A stretch of 64,000 bases of DNA from Candidatus Altiarchaeia archaeon (GCA_049299895.1 JBAQYF010000031.1:1627-65626), one strand, 5' to 3'. Shown: positions 9,809-19,356, counted from the stretch's first letter. Notes: a model not told the origin generated them from the sequence alone. Program-made: numbers and translations.

Positions 9809-10660
9809 TTACTGTTTTAGTTCGACGTTTTTATTGTCGCGGGCGATCACGTTGTCATTGTATAGGACTTGCACGGAAATAACATATGTTCCTTCCGCGA
9901 CGCCTGCGCATTTGTTGCACGGGGGGCTTGGGTAATCGAATGAGACGACGTTTGCTCCGGGATTGATCACGACTGCCTGCGTCTGATTCATCCGGTAGTA
10001 GCCTGCGAATATGCCGTAGACGTTCACGTTTACGTCCAGTCTTTTCTGGCTGTTTATCTTGACGGATATTTCCATCTTTTCACCGGAGTGGTACAAAGGC
10101 TTGTTGAGGGAAATGGCCGCTTTCACTTCGCCGTAGCGGGGGGTCTTTATCGCTGCGGCCCCGGAATCGTTCTTCTGCGCGCAGGCTCCATCGACGCATC
10201 CGTAGCCCGATGGACAGTCTATTGTATTATTCTTCAGGAGGAGGTTGCAGTCGATAACTTCACAGGCGTACTCCAGGACTGCAGTTCCATTAACGCATGA
10301 TTCGTTCTTCTCGCTCCAATTGTAGTGGGCAGGGTCTGACACGTCTGTCAGGTAGAGGTTCAGCCTGCCGGATACGGTCCCTTTTTTGTAGGGATCCATG
10401 CCGTCTGAGTCGATGCACTGCTGGATGGTGGGAATGGTACACTGGCGGCTGGTTGTTGTCGTCTGCGTGACCTGGGGTACCCGGGCGGTTGTCGTAGTTG
10501 AGATTGGAAGGGTCGTTGATTCTTCCGTTGACGTGGTTGTCTGGATGGTCGATTCGGCGGCGGTTACAGTAGTCACTGGGGGCTGCTCCTGCTGCACGCA
10601 TTCTGGCAGGCAGGCCGATACTAGGAGGAGAAATAAAAATAAGGCTTTTCCCGTATCCAT
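9809..10660 (-). CDS. Secreted Thr-rich, Cys-rich protein (hypothetical)
   Basis: Signal peptide, long Thr/Ser-rich linker, multiple Cys in the C-terminal domain. Confidence 0.5.
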   Translation of the reverse strand: MDTGKALFLFLLLVSACLPECVQQEQPPVTTVTAAESTIQTTTSTEESTTLPISTTTTARVPQVTQTTTTSRQCTIPTIQQCIDSDGMDPYKKGTVSGRLNLYLTDVSDPAHYNWSEKNESCVNGTAVLEYACEVIDCNLLLKNNTIDCPSGYGCVDGACAQKNDSGAAAIKTPRYGEVKAAISLNKPLYHSGEKMEISVKINSQKRLDVNVNVYGIFAGYYRMNQTQAVVINPGANVVSFDYPSPPCNKCAGVAEGTYVISVQVLYNDNVIARDNKNVELKQ

Positions 10661-10733
10661 CGGTATATGAATCGGATTACGGGATTAAATAGTTCTGCAC
10701 GATGCCTTCAGGGAGTGCAAGGGGCTTTGCCTC

Positions 10734-10994
10734 TCATATAACGCCCTTGAGGAGAATGCCCATATCCAGATAGAATAAAACAGAGCAGATCAGTTTTTCC
10801 TTATCAGCGATCAGTTTTTTGTCCTTCCACAACGCGAGCAGTTCCTCGCGGGACGGGATTCTCACTTTTTCGTATCTTGCGCAGTATGAGTTTTTAAGGC
10901 AGTCGAAGATATAACACTTGCCCCCCGGAAAAATATTTTCTTGGTTTTTCATTGGAAATACCTCGAATACTTTTCTCCGTTTATACTTGTGCAA
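10734..10994 (-). CDS. Small cysteine-containing protein (hypothetical; probable true start at MKNQENIF)
   Basis: FPGGKCYIFDCLKNSYCARYE motif. A paralogue lies at 11188..11337. Confidence 0.4.
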   Translation of the reverse strand: MHKYKRRKVFEVFPMKNQENIFPGGKCYIFDCLKNSYCARYEKVRIPSREELLALWKDKKLIADKEKLICSVLFYLDMGILLKGVI

Positions 10995-11187
10995 GTAGAA
11001 TATAAAAAGGGCGGTGCAATGTACTTTTTCAATAATAAATCATGATAAATATTGTTTATATGTCATGATAGATTATGAAGATTTTGTACCATTAGAATTA
11101 TAGTTTTATATTATAGTTCTAACGAAAAAGCACCTTCTACCCGCAGCACAAATGGCCCCCTGATCATTCCCCAAATGCAGTTATTGC

Positions 11188-11337
11188 TCAGCGGTTCCCG
11201 CAGGGCTTTTTCCATATCGCCCGCAACTCATCGGCACTCGGAGCCCTCACAGGTTCATAGCTTGCGCAAAAGCAGCCGTCTACACGGTCGAAGATATAAC
11301 ATTTGTCTCCCGGGAAATTGTCCGCCAACTCTTTCAT
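11188..11337 (-). CDS. Small cysteine-containing protein, shorter paralogue of 10734..10994 (49 aa, not in the ORF track)
   Basis: My own translation of the minus strand: MKELADNFPGDKCYIFDRVDGCFCASYEPVRAPSADELRAIWKKPCGNR. It shares FPG.KCYIFD...C.C..YE with the neighbour. Confidence 0.35.
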   Translation of the reverse strand: MKELADNFPGDKCYIFDRVDGCFCASYEPVRAPSADELRAIWKKPCGNR

Positions 11338-11421
11338 CGTGATCTGCACTCCTTTTTATATGCCGAAGCCAATATTATATCAGTATTACGAAATTAAAAA
11401 TAGTATTACCGGTGAAAAAAG

Positions 11422-11715
11422 ATGTGGCTGATTACAACATTCGTCGCGGCGATAATCGTCACCGCGATATGGGCGTACGCTCCGAAGAAATACAAGCTGG
11501 ATTTTTTGGCTTTGATGCTCTGGGGGCTTGCAGTGATGATCCTCGTGGATCACGTGTTGGGATATGAAGGAGAGGGACCGATCCTTGAGATGGAGACAGA
11601 AGGGCTGATAACGAATGGAACGGTTCTTGGGATAGCGATGCTGATACCGGTCTTCATCATCTGGGAGGCAGCATTGGTTTTATCGAAAACAAGAGGGGAG
11701 ATAACAGTGAGGTAA
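11422..11715 (+). CDS. Small membrane protein (2-3 TM), tandem paralogue A
   Basis: Hydrophobic. KKYKLDFLALMLWGLAVMILVDHVLG parallels the next gene. Confidence 0.5.
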   Translation: MWLITTFVAAIIVTAIWAYAPKKYKLDFLALMLWGLAVMILVDHVLGYEGEGPILEMETEGLITNGTVLGIAMLIPVFIIWEAALVLSKTRGEITVR

Positions 11716-11720
11716 AAAAA

Positions 11721-12056
11721 ATGGCATGTTTTGCAGCACCAACGGCCGTGGCAGTTGTGACCACGTTGGCAAGGAAAAAAATACCGAAGAAGTACCACAT
11801 AAACTGGCTTAATGCGATGCTCTGGGGAGGGACTGCGGGCCTGGCACTCGAACACGTCGCGCACGGCGAGATAGTACCCTATTTCCCGTTCCTGACTGCG
11901 ATGAAGAGCGCGGAAGACACGGCAGTAATGCTCCAGGAGATATTGACCATAGGCGGGGGAATGCTCGTCGCATGTGTCGTTGTCTGGGCTCTGATGGTTT
12001 ACGTTGCCTGGAAACTGGAAGCGAAGGCAAAAACCCCGGCAGTGCAGGCGGCATAA
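11721..12056 (+). CDS. Small membrane protein, tandem paralogue B
   Basis: KKYHINWLNAMLWGGTAGLALEHVAHG is homologous to the previous gene. Confidence 0.5.
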   Translation: MACFAAPTAVAVVTTLARKKIPKKYHINWLNAMLWGGTAGLALEHVAHGEIVPYFPFLTAMKSAEDTAVMLQEILTIGGGMLVACVVVWALMVYVAWKLEAKAKTPAVQAA

Positions 12057-12161
12057 AACTTTTTTTATGGGGAGTATTATATCTGCCCTCTTTCTCTCTC
12101 GCAGGGAAACGGGGGCAGACTATTTTCTATTCTTTTATTCGGAAAACGCTTAGTTTAATCC

Positions 12162-13400
12162 ATGACCCGTGTAATTAGGCGGATGAGCACATGCGTTATC
12201 ATGTTGTGCATCATGTTATTTTTCTGCGGATGCGCCGGCAACAAAGAGCCGCAAGCCACGTCTACGACCGTCTTTGAATCGCTGCCTGCGACAACGCTGC
12301 CGGCAGAGAACGTTTCTACGGCCTCGTTCGGGGAATATGCGACTTCTTACACCCGTATGGCCTATGCGGCGGACCTTGGGGGAAAGCCCGCGTACATTGT
12401 CACAAAGAGCGACGGGAAAAAGCTTATCTTGTACGATGGCGTAGAGACCGGCAAGGATTACGACCAGGCGCTTATGCCCAGATTGATCGCAGGGAAATTA
12501 TTCTACGCAGGGGTCAGGAACAACAAATACTATGCGGTGTATGACGGGCAGGAGATAGGGAAGGACTATTTTTCTATCTGGTCTCCGGGAGAATACAACG
12601 GAAAGCCGGTCTACATAGCCGAGAAAATAGGAAAGAGCGTCCTCGTCTATGAAGGAAACGAGATCTCCAACGCAAGCTACGACTACGTCTGGTCCTATGC
12701 AGCAATAGACGGGAAGATAGCATATCTCGCATCCAAGGCAGGAGAAACGTACACCGCCTTAAAGATCAATCCACAGACGTCGGAATCACGAAGGGACATT
12801 CCCCCGGAAGGCATCAAATCAGTGATAGTCTACGACGGGAAAGAGATAGGCAGGGAATATGACACCGTCGGGTTCCCGATGGAGATCGATGGAAAACTTG
12901 CATATGTCGCCCTTGTTAACGGCAGGAAATACATGGTCCTGGGAAGCTTTAAGGGGACAGAATACAACGATATAAGCGAGCCCCTGATGTACAACGGAAA
13001 ACCCGCGTACATCGCGGAAAAAGACGGTAAAAGTTTTTTAGTCTACGACGGCAGGGAGATGAAAGCATACGAGAGGATTGATCCCTCCTCGCTGAAGTAC
13101 GTCAACGGAAAACTGTGTTACCGGGCAGCGGATTCGACCGCTAAAAAGGGGAAATACTTTATCGTGTACGACGGAGCCGAGATAGGAAAGGACTATGACA
13201 ACGTGCTCTCGTTTGCCGCGTCCGGAGAAAAACAGGCCTACGTTGCGGACAAAAAGACCGCGCGTTCCGTTGTCTACGCAGGAGGGGACACAGGCAGGGA
13301 GTACGGCGCAATAGACTCCGGGTCTCTTGCATTCTACGGAGGAAAGCTTTCGTTCATCGCCCAGAAGAGCGGCATGTGGTACGTAGTATCGGAGGAATAA
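12162..13400 (+). CDS. Lipoprotein with about 9 tandem ~38-aa repeats (GKPAYIxxKdGKxxLVYDGxEIGKDYD)
   Basis: Signal peptide with lipobox-like FFCGCAG. Periodic repeat visible in the protein. Stop overlaps the nikR start. Confidence 0.6.
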   Translation: MTRVIRRMSTCVIMLCIMLFFCGCAGNKEPQATSTTVFESLPATTLPAENVSTASFGEYATSYTRMAYAADLGGKPAYIVTKSDGKKLILYDGVETGKDYDQALMPRLIAGKLFYAGVRNNKYYAVYDGQEIGKDYFSIWSPGEYNGKPVYIAEKIGKSVLVYEGNEISNASYDYVWSYAAIDGKIAYLASKAGETYTALKINPQTSESRRDIPPEGIKSVIVYDGKEIGREYDTVGFPMEIDGKLAYVALVNGRKYMVLGSFKGTEYNDISEPLMYNGKPAYIAEKDGKSFLVYDGREMKAYERIDPSSLKYVNGKLCYRAADSTAKKGKYFIVYDGAEIGKDYDNVLSFAASGEKQAYVADKKTARSVVYAGGDTGREYGAIDSGSLAFYGGKLSFIAQKSGMWYVVSEE

Positions 13401-13401
13401 C

Positions 13402-13836
13402 ATGAAAGAAGAACCCGTTACAAGGATTGCGATATCCCTTCCCCCGAAGCTCCTGGAAAAATTCGACAAGATGTCGGAGCACATGGGATACACAAACAGG
13501 TCGGAGGCGATAAGGGACGCGGTCAGGAACTATATCCTGAAGAACGAGCTCTCCAGCGAAAAAGGAAAGCGCATCGGGGTCATATCCATAGTCTACGACC
13601 ACGACGTGCGGGGGGTAAACGACGTACTCACAGACCTGCAGCACAGATACCACGACGTCATACAGTCGAGCACGCACCTGCACCTGGATGCGCACAACTG
13701 CATGGAGCTAATCATGGTGAAAGGAGAAGCTAAAAGGATAAATGAAATAAAGAACTTGCTCACCACCGTTTCAGGCGTGACGCACAGCGACCTGCTGATA
13801 ACCGGGATCGCAGGGGAACACGATCACACGCACTGA
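13402..13836 (+). CDS. nikR: Nickel-responsive transcriptional regulator NikR
   Basis: N-terminal ribbon-helix-helix (RIAISLPPKLLEKFD), C-terminal metal-binding domain with HLHLDAHNC (HxH...C nickel site). Confidence 0.85.
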   Translation: MKEEPVTRIAISLPPKLLEKFDKMSEHMGYTNRSEAIRDAVRNYILKNELSSEKGKRIGVISIVYDHDVRGVNDVLTDLQHRYHDVIQSSTHLHLDAHNCMELIMVKGEAKRINEIKNLLTTVSGVTHSDLLITGIAGEHDHTH

Positions 13837-14900
13837 GGACACGTTGCAAGCTCCCGGATGATGTCCTCGAACTCCTTTTTCTCGGAGTCCGGGTCTTGTT
13901 TAGATTCATATCCGTTGCCTATGCGCACATACTTGCAGCCGAAGACATACGTCGGCACGCCGCCTGAGGGGTTGTATTTGTCGAATACCGCCTTCTCTGA
14001 ATCAGGCACTGCATTTTCCGCATCCGGCGTCAATGAATCGTCGAGCGTATCAAACTCCCAGTGCCGGGCGACTATCTTCCCTTCCAAGGCGTATTTTTTG
14101 ACGGTCTCATCAAACGTATCTTTTATCCATTTACAGTGAGGGCACCAGGTAGTGGAAAACATGCGGATCACGGGCATACCGTTCTCCTTGCATACCTCAT
14201 CCCCCGTGTCTTGAAAGGTTCGATTAACGCCCGGCTTGTATGATACGGCCCCAAGGTCATCCGCCTGCCCTGATGGAAGAACGTAATCCGAGTAAGACAC
14301 GTTGTTCGAGTACCTGATTGCTTCCTGCTTGACCGTAACTCCGACGCTCTCCGCGACCACATACAATGGCACGCCCTCTTCGGATATGCAGTATAGATAG
14401 TTCCATGGCACACCCGAGGTATAGCCGGAAAGGTTATAGCACCGGGCATTCAATCCCGCAACTTCCCTGTCATCAAGCTTTATCACGTTCGCAGTGCTTA
14501 TCACATCCTCCATCTTCTGCCGGGATTCCTGGTATGAGTTCGCGGATCCTTCTTCCAGTTCCGAAGTGGAACAGGACCAGACGGATTCGTTCAGGTAGCA
14601 GAGGGTGGAGGTATTGCCCAGGAAATATATGCGGGATTCCTGCATGCCCCCGGCTGAATCCATCCTGCTGTCTATCCGGACATAATTGTCTCCAAGGATG
14701 TAGTAGTCCATCTCCTGGGAATACTCCTCGGCAGGCGACGAGATAATCAGGAGATATGAAGCCGAATACGCCCGGGACTGGTTCCCAAAGGCCGCAAGAA
14801 GCTCTGACCTGGCTGCAGGATCGTTGTCACCAAAGGGCGCGGTGCAGCCTGCGAACATGAGCGCAGAAAGGAAAATTCCCATAAGTAAAAATCTGTTCAT
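13824..14900 (-). CDS. Lipoprotein with C-terminal thioredoxin-fold domain (WCPHCK), N-terminal domain paralogous to 14973..15812
   Basis: Likely start at MNRFLL (signal peptide, lipobox AGCT). CxxC thioredoxin motif. Shares the DYYIxGD..RxD / CxNxxGEWNC-type and YCxSxEGVxLY blocks with the neighbour. Confidence 0.6.
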   Translation of the reverse strand: MNRFLLMGIFLSALMFAGCTAPFGDNDPAARSELLAAFGNQSRAYSASYLLIISSPAEEYSQEMDYYILGDNYVRIDSRMDSAGGMQESRIYFLGNTSTLCYLNESVWSCSTSELEEGSANSYQESRQKMEDVISTANVIKLDDREVAGLNARCYNLSGYTSGVPWNYLYCISEEGVPLYVVAESVGVTVKQEAIRYSNNVSYSDYVLPSGQADDLGAVSYKPGVNRTFQDTGDEVCKENGMPVIRMFSTTWCPHCKWIKDTFDETVKKYALEGKIVARHWEFDTLDDSLTPDAENAVPDSEKAVFDKYNPSGGVPTYVFGCKYVRIGNGYESKQDPDSEKKEFEDIIRELATCPQCV

Positions 14901-14972
14901 ATAGTAAATAATAAAAGAGAGAAATAAAAGAGAAAAAAGGAATAAAACATAGACGCCGATGATCAAGCGCCC

Positions 14973-15812
14973 CTACTCTGCCGACGGCGCATCCGGCCCG
15001 CTGAAAGAAAGGCTCTTCGGCTCTGCGGGAGGCACAAGATCGGAATCGGCAACCGTGTTACTGTAGCTCGTCGCCTCCTGTATCACGTGCATGTTCTCAG
15101 TCGTTGTGTCCGAATACAATAGGACGCCTTCCGGCGACAGGCAGTATATGTTCTCCAATGAGGATATGCCTGCATTCTTTGCTTCCTCGGATGATATCGT
15201 TACGATCATCTTAAAGCATTTGGCGGTTACTCCCGCAATGACCCTGTCGGGCTGCGAGGATATCTCGCTCAGGTCTATGTCATTTTGTATGTCCTCTGAT
15301 TGCTTCTTTGGGTCCTTCGAGGAATCCGCCTGCTGGGGCATCTTTATGCAGTTCCATTCTCCGCCCTGCTTGTTGCACATGATGAAGCTTCCGTCGAGCA
15401 TGTAAAATCTTGATTCTCCGGCACCGGGCATATCCGCAGACAACGTGTCCACACGCATCTTGCTATCGCCCTTTATGTAATATGCCATCTGGGCTTTGTA
15501 CTCAGGCTGCCCTCCGCCGGACAACGTGGTTTCATATGCCACCATGTATTCCTTTGCCGCGTTGCTAAACAGGCCCTTGAGCTGGGATTTTAGGTCCGTC
15601 CCACCGGCGGGCTTGGTATCGGCTGTCTTAATCTCCTGGGTAGTCACTGTTTCTTCTTCGGAGAGTGTTGTCACCGTTCCCCCAGTTTCTTCACTCAATG
15701 TCTCCTGAGTGGAGGAAGACTCTTTAACGTCTTCCTGCTTCGGAGCATTCGTACATCCTGCAACAGTCAACAGTATAACCAGAAAAACCGCGAAAAACAT
15801 CTTTTTCATCAT
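14973..15812 (-). CDS. Secreted lipoprotein, paralogue of the N-terminal domain of 13824..14900
   Basis: Signal peptide/lipobox (TVAGCT). Homologous blocks as described for the neighbour. Confidence 0.55.
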   Translation of the reverse strand: MMKKMFFAVFLVILLTVAGCTNAPKQEDVKESSSTQETLSEETGGTVTTLSEEETVTTQEIKTADTKPAGGTDLKSQLKGLFSNAAKEYMVAYETTLSGGGQPEYKAQMAYYIKGDSKMRVDTLSADMPGAGESRFYMLDGSFIMCNKQGGEWNCIKMPQQADSSKDPKKQSEDIQNDIDLSEISSQPDRVIAGVTAKCFKMIVTISSEEAKNAGISSLENIYCLSPEGVLLYSDTTTENMHVIQEATSYSNTVADSDLVPPAEPKSLSFSGPDAPSAE

Positions 15813-15884
15813 TGTTTCCTCGTAATGGTTTAATAATTTGGTCGCGACAGAATAAAAGAAGGCCCATACAACAGTACCCGCGGC

Positions 15885-16904
15885 CTAACAGACCCGCGGA
15901 ACAGGATCCCCTGCCGGCGCCTCAAGAAGCCGCTCCCCGCCTATCGAGGTCTTCAGGATAACGCGCCCCGTCCCCTTTATTACCTCGCCGAACATGACCG
16001 CATCTCTCCCGTATTTCGTCTTCTTCAGTGCTTTCAGGACCGCCTCCGCATCACCGGGAGCAACGCCGAACACTGCCTTGCCCTCGTTTGCGACGGTCAA
16101 TGGATCGATCCCCAGCATCCCGGAAGCGGCGCGGACGCTTTCGCGAACAGGGATAAGATCCTCGTCCAAAAAGACGTCCACTTTGGCCTTGTGCGCCATC
16201 TCGTTTACGCAGCTTGCAAGTCCCCCACGAGTAGGATCCTTCAAAGCATGCAGGTCGTAACCAATCACTTTTTCCACCATGTGCCACAGAGGCGCGCAGT
16301 CGGATACAAGCGAGGTCTCGAACGCAATACCTTCGCGCCCGGCCAAAACCGCCATCCCATGATCCCCCACGGGTCCGTTTATTATTATCTTGTCCCCTGG
16401 ACGCAGGCCTGCATCGGATACGACCTTCTTTGCAACGCCCAGACCCGCAGTATTGATCAGGATGCCAATATCGCTCTCCACGACCTTTGTATCGCCGGTC
16501 ACGATAGGAACTCCTATCTCCCGGGAAACGGCGTCCATGGACTCAACTATCGTGTGCAGGTCATCTATAGGGAAGCCTGCGCCCACGATGAACGCGGACG
16601 AAATGGCAAGAGGCTTGCCGCCCATCATTGACAAATCATTAATAGTTCCGCACATGGAAAGTTTTCCTATGTCCCCGCCCGGAAAGAAGATCGGCTTAAC
16701 GGTGTACGAATCGGTCGTGAACACCAACTGCTCGCCCTTGAAGGGAATCGTCGCCGCATCGTCCAGTTCCGCAAGGCCGATCCCTCCCGCCACGTTCTTG
16801 TTGGAGATCTTTCCCAGCAGGACGGACAAAAGGCCGTGCATCGCTTCTCCCCCACCTCCGTGCACAAGTTTAACTCTTTGAGTACTATTGAAACTGTTTT
16901 TCAT
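15885..16904 (-). CDS. hypE: Hydrogenase maturation factor HypE
   Basis: VKLVHGGGGEAMHGLL N-terminal motif, AIR-synthase-like fold, C-terminal PVPRVC. True start probably at MKNSFNS (the ORF track begins at an upstream TTG). Confidence 0.85.
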   Translation of the reverse strand: MKNSFNSTQRVKLVHGGGGEAMHGLLSVLLGKISNKNVAGGIGLAELDDAATIPFKGEQLVFTTDSYTVKPIFFPGGDIGKLSMCGTINDLSMMGGKPLAISSAFIVGAGFPIDDLHTIVESMDAVSREIGVPIVTGDTKVVESDIGILINTAGLGVAKKVVSDAGLRPGDKIIINGPVGDHGMAVLAGREGIAFETSLVSDCAPLWHMVEKVIGYDLHALKDPTRGGLASCVNEMAHKAKVDVFLDEDLIPVRESVRAASGMLGIDPLTVANEGKAVFGVAPGDAEAVLKALKKTKYGRDAVMFGEVIKGTGRVILKTSIGGERLLEAPAGDPVPRVC

Positions 16905-16905
16905 T

Positions 16906-17028
16906 TCATTCAGATGCGTACTGAGGGGTTGAAAACCCCTCAAAACTCGTAGTGATGATCAACCTTTCAGAAGGTTGGTGCATAGCCGCCCCGCCGCCAT
17001 GTATCAGCTTAACCCGTTCGCCTTTCAT
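16906..17028 (-). pseudogene. 40-codon duplicate of the hypE 5' end between hypB and hypE (fragment or uORF)
   Basis: Tail of listed ORF 16906..17313: MKGERVKLIHGGGAAMHQPSE.. resembles the HypE N-terminus (VKLVHGGGGEAMHG). Its ATG overlaps the hypB stop (ATGA) and its stop is 1 nt before the hypE ATG. Confidence 0.4.
16923..16941 (-). promoter_or_regulatory. Perfect 8-bp stem hairpin GAGGGGTT-TTC-AACCCCTC at the hypE 5' junction
   Basis: Derived from listed ORF translations (..EGFSTPQ.. / MRGFQPL..). Lies in the transcript just upstream of the hypE start. Confidence 0.35.
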
Positions 17029-17678
17029 TTCCTCTTCTCTTTCTCTTTTATTATCCAGTCCGCGAATACGTCTATACCCTTGTCTTTGCGGATGCTCGTC
17101 ATAAAGACGTTCAATTTGGAATTGATATGCAGGGCGTCTTTTCGCATCTTCTCCGCGTCCGCGCCCACGGCTTCCGCGATGTCTATCTTGTTTATGACCG
17201 CGGCATCGGACGACACGAATATCATCGGGTGCTTCTCCACGGTGTCGTCTCCCTCGGACACGGAAACGATGGTCACGTTCAATTGAGTGCCGAGATCGAA
17301 ATCCACGGGACATATCAGGTTGCCCACGTTCTCAACGAATAGGATATCGACATCCGACAGGTCGAAATGATCGACCGCATGCTCCACAAGATGCGCGTCC
17401 AGATGGCACTCTTTCCCGGTGTTCACGCCGATCACAGGGATCCCGAGTTTCTTCAGGCGGTTCGCGTCAAGGTCGCTTATGATGTCTCCTGCTATCGCCG
17501 CAATCCGGTAGCCCTTGAGCTTTTTATGGAGTACCTCGATCATAGCAGTCTTCCCGGAGCCGATCGCGCCCATGAAATTTATCGCAAGGACTCCGGCTTC
17601 GTCGAATGTCTTCCGGTTGCGCTCTGCGATCTTCTTGTTTATCTCGAAAACGTCCTTACCCATGCCGATCACGTGCAT
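17025..17678 (-). CDS. hypB: Hydrogenase nickel-incorporation GTPase HypB
   Basis: P-loop GAIGSGKT, CH motif (GKECHLDAH), ENVGNLICP. Confidence 0.9.
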   Translation of the reverse strand: MHVIGMGKDVFEINKKIAERNRKTFDEAGVLAINFMGAIGSGKTAMIEVLHKKLKGYRIAAIAGDIISDLDANRLKKLGIPVIGVNTGKECHLDAHLVEHAVDHFDLSDVDILFVENVGNLICPVDFDLGTQLNVTIVSVSEGDDTVEKHPMIFVSSDAAVINKIDIAEAVGADAEKMRKDALHINSKLNVFMTSIRKDKGIDVFADWIIKEKEKRK

Positions 17679-17687
17679 TTTCTTCTC

Positions 17688-18050
17688 TCACTCCGCAGTT
17701 ATCTCTTTTATCATGCATTCCCGCCCCCCGAGGGGTTTGGCTGATTCACCGCATACCGGGCATTTCAGCCTCCGGGTTAGGGAATACATGTCCTTTTTTT
17801 CAGGAATAATCTCGCCCGCATGCTTTTTATCGCACTCGATCTTCAGAGGGAGTATCCTGCAGTCTATCTTCGCACCCTCGGCAGCCGTTCCCTCGATCAG
17901 TATCTCAAGAGCGAATACTAGCTGGTCGACGCTTATCATCGAGAGCTGGCCTATCTCGAGGACGATCTTCGTGACTTTCTTTGCCCCGTGCTTCCCTGCT
18001 TCTGCAAGCACGCTGTCTACTATCCCTGAAGCGACTGAAAACTCGTGCAT
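17688..18050 (-). CDS. hypA: Hydrogenase nickel-insertion protein HypA
   Basis: MHEFSVASGIV N-terminus, C-terminal zinc finger C..C...CPVCG. The ORF track carries an N-terminal extension. Confidence 0.85.
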   Translation of the reverse strand: MHEFSVASGIVDSVLAEAGKHGAKKVTKIVLEIGQLSMISVDQLVFALEILIEGTAAEGAKIDCRILPLKIECDKKHAGEIIPEKKDMYSLTRRLKCPVCGESAKPLGGRECMIKEITAE

Positions 18051-18051
18051 C

Positions 18052-19131
18052 TTATTTTCTGCCGTACTTGTATGAGATGTTGCATGAGCCCTCGCCCGAG
18101 ACCATGCATGGTCCAACGGGACTGTCCGGCGTGCATCTCTTGCCGAACAGCGGGCAGCTTGCCGGGTATGCGATGCCCTTCAATATCTTCCCGCATATGC
18201 ATCCCCCGGGCTCGGGAGATTCTTTTACGTCTATCTGGAATTTTACGCGGGCGTCGTGGTCTTTGTATTCGTCTCTTATAGCAAGGCCCGAACCGGGGAT
18301 CACGGGAAAGCCGCGCCATTTCACGTCGCATGGGACGAATACTTTTTCCAATACGTCGAGCGCCTTCCGGTTACCTTCCTCTTTTACGACCCGCGAGTAT
18401 TCGTTGCGTACGCCGTGATCTTTTTGTTTGATCATCTTTAATAACATGAGTACGCCGTATAGTACGTCGACCGGCTCGAATCCTGCGACCACCTGGGGTA
18501 TCCCGTATTTCCCGCAAAGAGCCCTGTAAGGCGTGATCCCGATTATCGCGGACACGTGTCCCGGGTCTATGAATCCGTCTATCTTCGTATCGCCTTCTGA
18601 CAGGAGATAATCCATCGCCGGAGGGATCGTCCTGTGGCATGAAAGAACGTAAAAGTTCTCGGGGGCAGTCAGTAATTCGACAGCGCTCGAAGGCGCAGTC
18701 GTCTCGAAGCCTATCCCTATGTGGACGACCTCTTTTCCCGGCTTCTCTTTTGCCAGTTTCACCGCGTCGGTTATCGAATATACTATGCGCACGTCCGAGC
18801 CCGCAGCTTTCGCGTCGGCAAGAGTCAATGCGCTCCCGGGAACCTTAAGCATGTCCCCGAAAGAGGTGACGGTCGCGCCCTCCTTTGCAAGGGCAATCGC
18901 CTCGTCTATCTCCCTTGCGGTTGTAACGCATACGGGGCATCCCGGCCCTGAGATTATTTCCACGTCGTCAGGCAGCAGTGAGCGGATGCCTGCTTTTGCG
19001 ATAGCATCCTCGTGGGTTCCGCAGACGTGCATCAGGCGTACAGGGCCCATGCCTTCCGCGGTGGCCCGGATCTTCGCGGTTATTTTTTCCGCTATCCTGC
19101 GGTCCCTGAATCCCGCAAGGCCCTTATTCAT
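18052..19131 (-). CDS. hypD: Hydrogenase maturation factor HypD
   Basis: CGTHE, GPGCPVC and FEPVD-type motifs. Confidence 0.9.
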   Translation of the reverse strand: MNKGLAGFRDRRIAEKITAKIRATAEGMGPVRLMHVCGTHEDAIAKAGIRSLLPDDVEIISGPGCPVCVTTAREIDEAIALAKEGATVTSFGDMLKVPGSALTLADAKAAGSDVRIVYSITDAVKLAKEKPGKEVVHIGIGFETTAPSSAVELLTAPENFYVLSCHRTIPPAMDYLLSEGDTKIDGFIDPGHVSAIIGITPYRALCGKYGIPQVVAGFEPVDVLYGVLMLLKMIKQKDHGVRNEYSRVVKEEGNRKALDVLEKVFVPCDVKWRGFPVIPGSGLAIRDEYKDHDARVKFQIDVKESPEPGGCICGKILKGIAYPASCPLFGKRCTPDSPVGPCMVSGEGSCNISYKYGRK

Positions 19132-19336
19132 CCAGCATCTCCTCCAGTATTTTGAGGGTTTCCAGGGCGTCTTCCTCGCTCATGACCTCGATTGCGTACC
19201 CTGCATGGACTATGACGTATTCTCCGGGTTTTACGTTCACCAGGTCCGTTTTAACGGACCTCTTAACGCCTCCGAAGTCCACGGTCGCTTCCTTTCCCTT
19301 TATTTCCAGGACTTTCCCGGGTATTGCAAGGCACAT
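19124..19336 (-). CDS. hypC: Hydrogenase maturation factor HypC
   Basis: MCLAIP N-terminus, 70 aa. Confidence 0.85.
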   Translation of the reverse strand: MCLAIPGKVLEIKGKEATVDFGGVKRSVKTDLVNVKPGEYVIVHAGYAIEVMSEEDALETLKILEEMLDE

Positions 19337-19356
19337 TTTTATAATTATATAATTCT

